A DNA stretch of 36,722 bases from Octopus sinensis (taxonomy: Eukaryota), in the NCBI RefSeq assembly GCF_006345805.1, contig NW_021836832.1, positions 1 to 36,722 on the forward strand, written 5' to 3'. Position numbers and translations under genes: made by a program. Below, in pieces: positions 35,909-36,722 of the stretch; position 1 is the stretch's first letter, and every line of letters starts with the position of its first letter. The notes below the pieces were generated by a model, which had not been told where the DNA came from, searched no databases, and worked only from the letters and a program-made list of their open reading frames with translations.

Positions 35909-36416
35909 GAGTCCACTCAGAACGTAAGGACGAAATGCCGCTAAGTATTTTGCCGGTAGCCTAACGCCGTATTTCGAAGGTGCGGTGAGGTGAGATTGAA
36001 CCTGAAGTCACAGCTTGTCAACAACACAGTCATGCTTAACACTTCTTTAGTTTTTTTTCCAATTATTTTTTTTTTTGTTTTAATTCAATTTGGTTAACGA
36101 AGTTAAGACCACACACGAGCACCGTTTCTCTTTTTTTTTTTTTTTTACTTCCTGACAATGAAGCGGAAGGTTTTAAAATAAACTTATATAATTTTAAAGA
36201 ATGTGTGAAATTCTAGACGGAGTTTGATGCGAAAAATATGACAGATCATTAAGGTCGAAGCATAATTCAAGCAAATTTTTAAAAAGTATGGAATCTTTAT
36301 TTGCTTCAGTTCAGACAGAATGGTACAAATTAGATCTAAAGTCATTGCAACGGCAGCTCGCAGACAGTATGATTTAAGAAATTAAAGAAAAGACAAACAC
36401 CAAAATAGTAATGATA

Positions 36417-36418
36417 GC

Positions 36419-36468
<50 letters not shown>

Positions 36469-36495
36469 TAATAGTAATAATAATAGTAATAATGT
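36417..36495. repeat. (TAA)n microsatellite
   Basis: Directly visible. Confidence 0.93.
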
Positions 36496-36722
36496 AATAA
36501 AGGCATTGATTATGAAATTTTGGTTATCAATATACATAAATTCTATTTTATTTATAAATCTGAATAAAAATAAATGACTTGATTCCAACGAAAACGAATA
36601 TTTTTGGAGAGAAGTCAAACAATTTTTCAGGTGTTTCATCCGTGTGTGTGTTTTTTTTTCTTTTTTTTTTCTTTTGTTTTTAGATCTGGTATATATATAT
36701 ATATATATACACACACACGTTT

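Overview
AT-rich, microsatellite-dense animal DNA. The SINE set and the (TA)n/(GATA)n/(TACA)n density point to an octopus genome (inference from recognised repeats, no database search run). I found no host protein-coding gene I can support, and nearly all ORF-track entries are translated microsatellites or SINE read-throughs. The window is dominated by mobile DNA: at least four tRNA-headed SINE families, a full-length frameshifted Tx1/L1-group LINE with a 17-bp TSD, an R4/Dong-like 3' fragment split by a SINE, RTE and mariner remnants, a pogo/Tigger-type MITE and a DINE/Helentron-like element. The most notable signal is hammerhead-ribozyme (HHR) architecture. A ~7.9 x ~560-bp tandem array (7115-11543) carries a minimal type I HHR fold on the minus strand of every unit, resembling a retrozyme or Penelope terminal-repeat array. 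Other HHR-like repeats with non-canonical cores occur at 6891-6953, 18583-18629 and 30299-30348, and the Tx1 element has inserted 4 nt from one of them. All folds were done by eye and ribozyme activity is untested.
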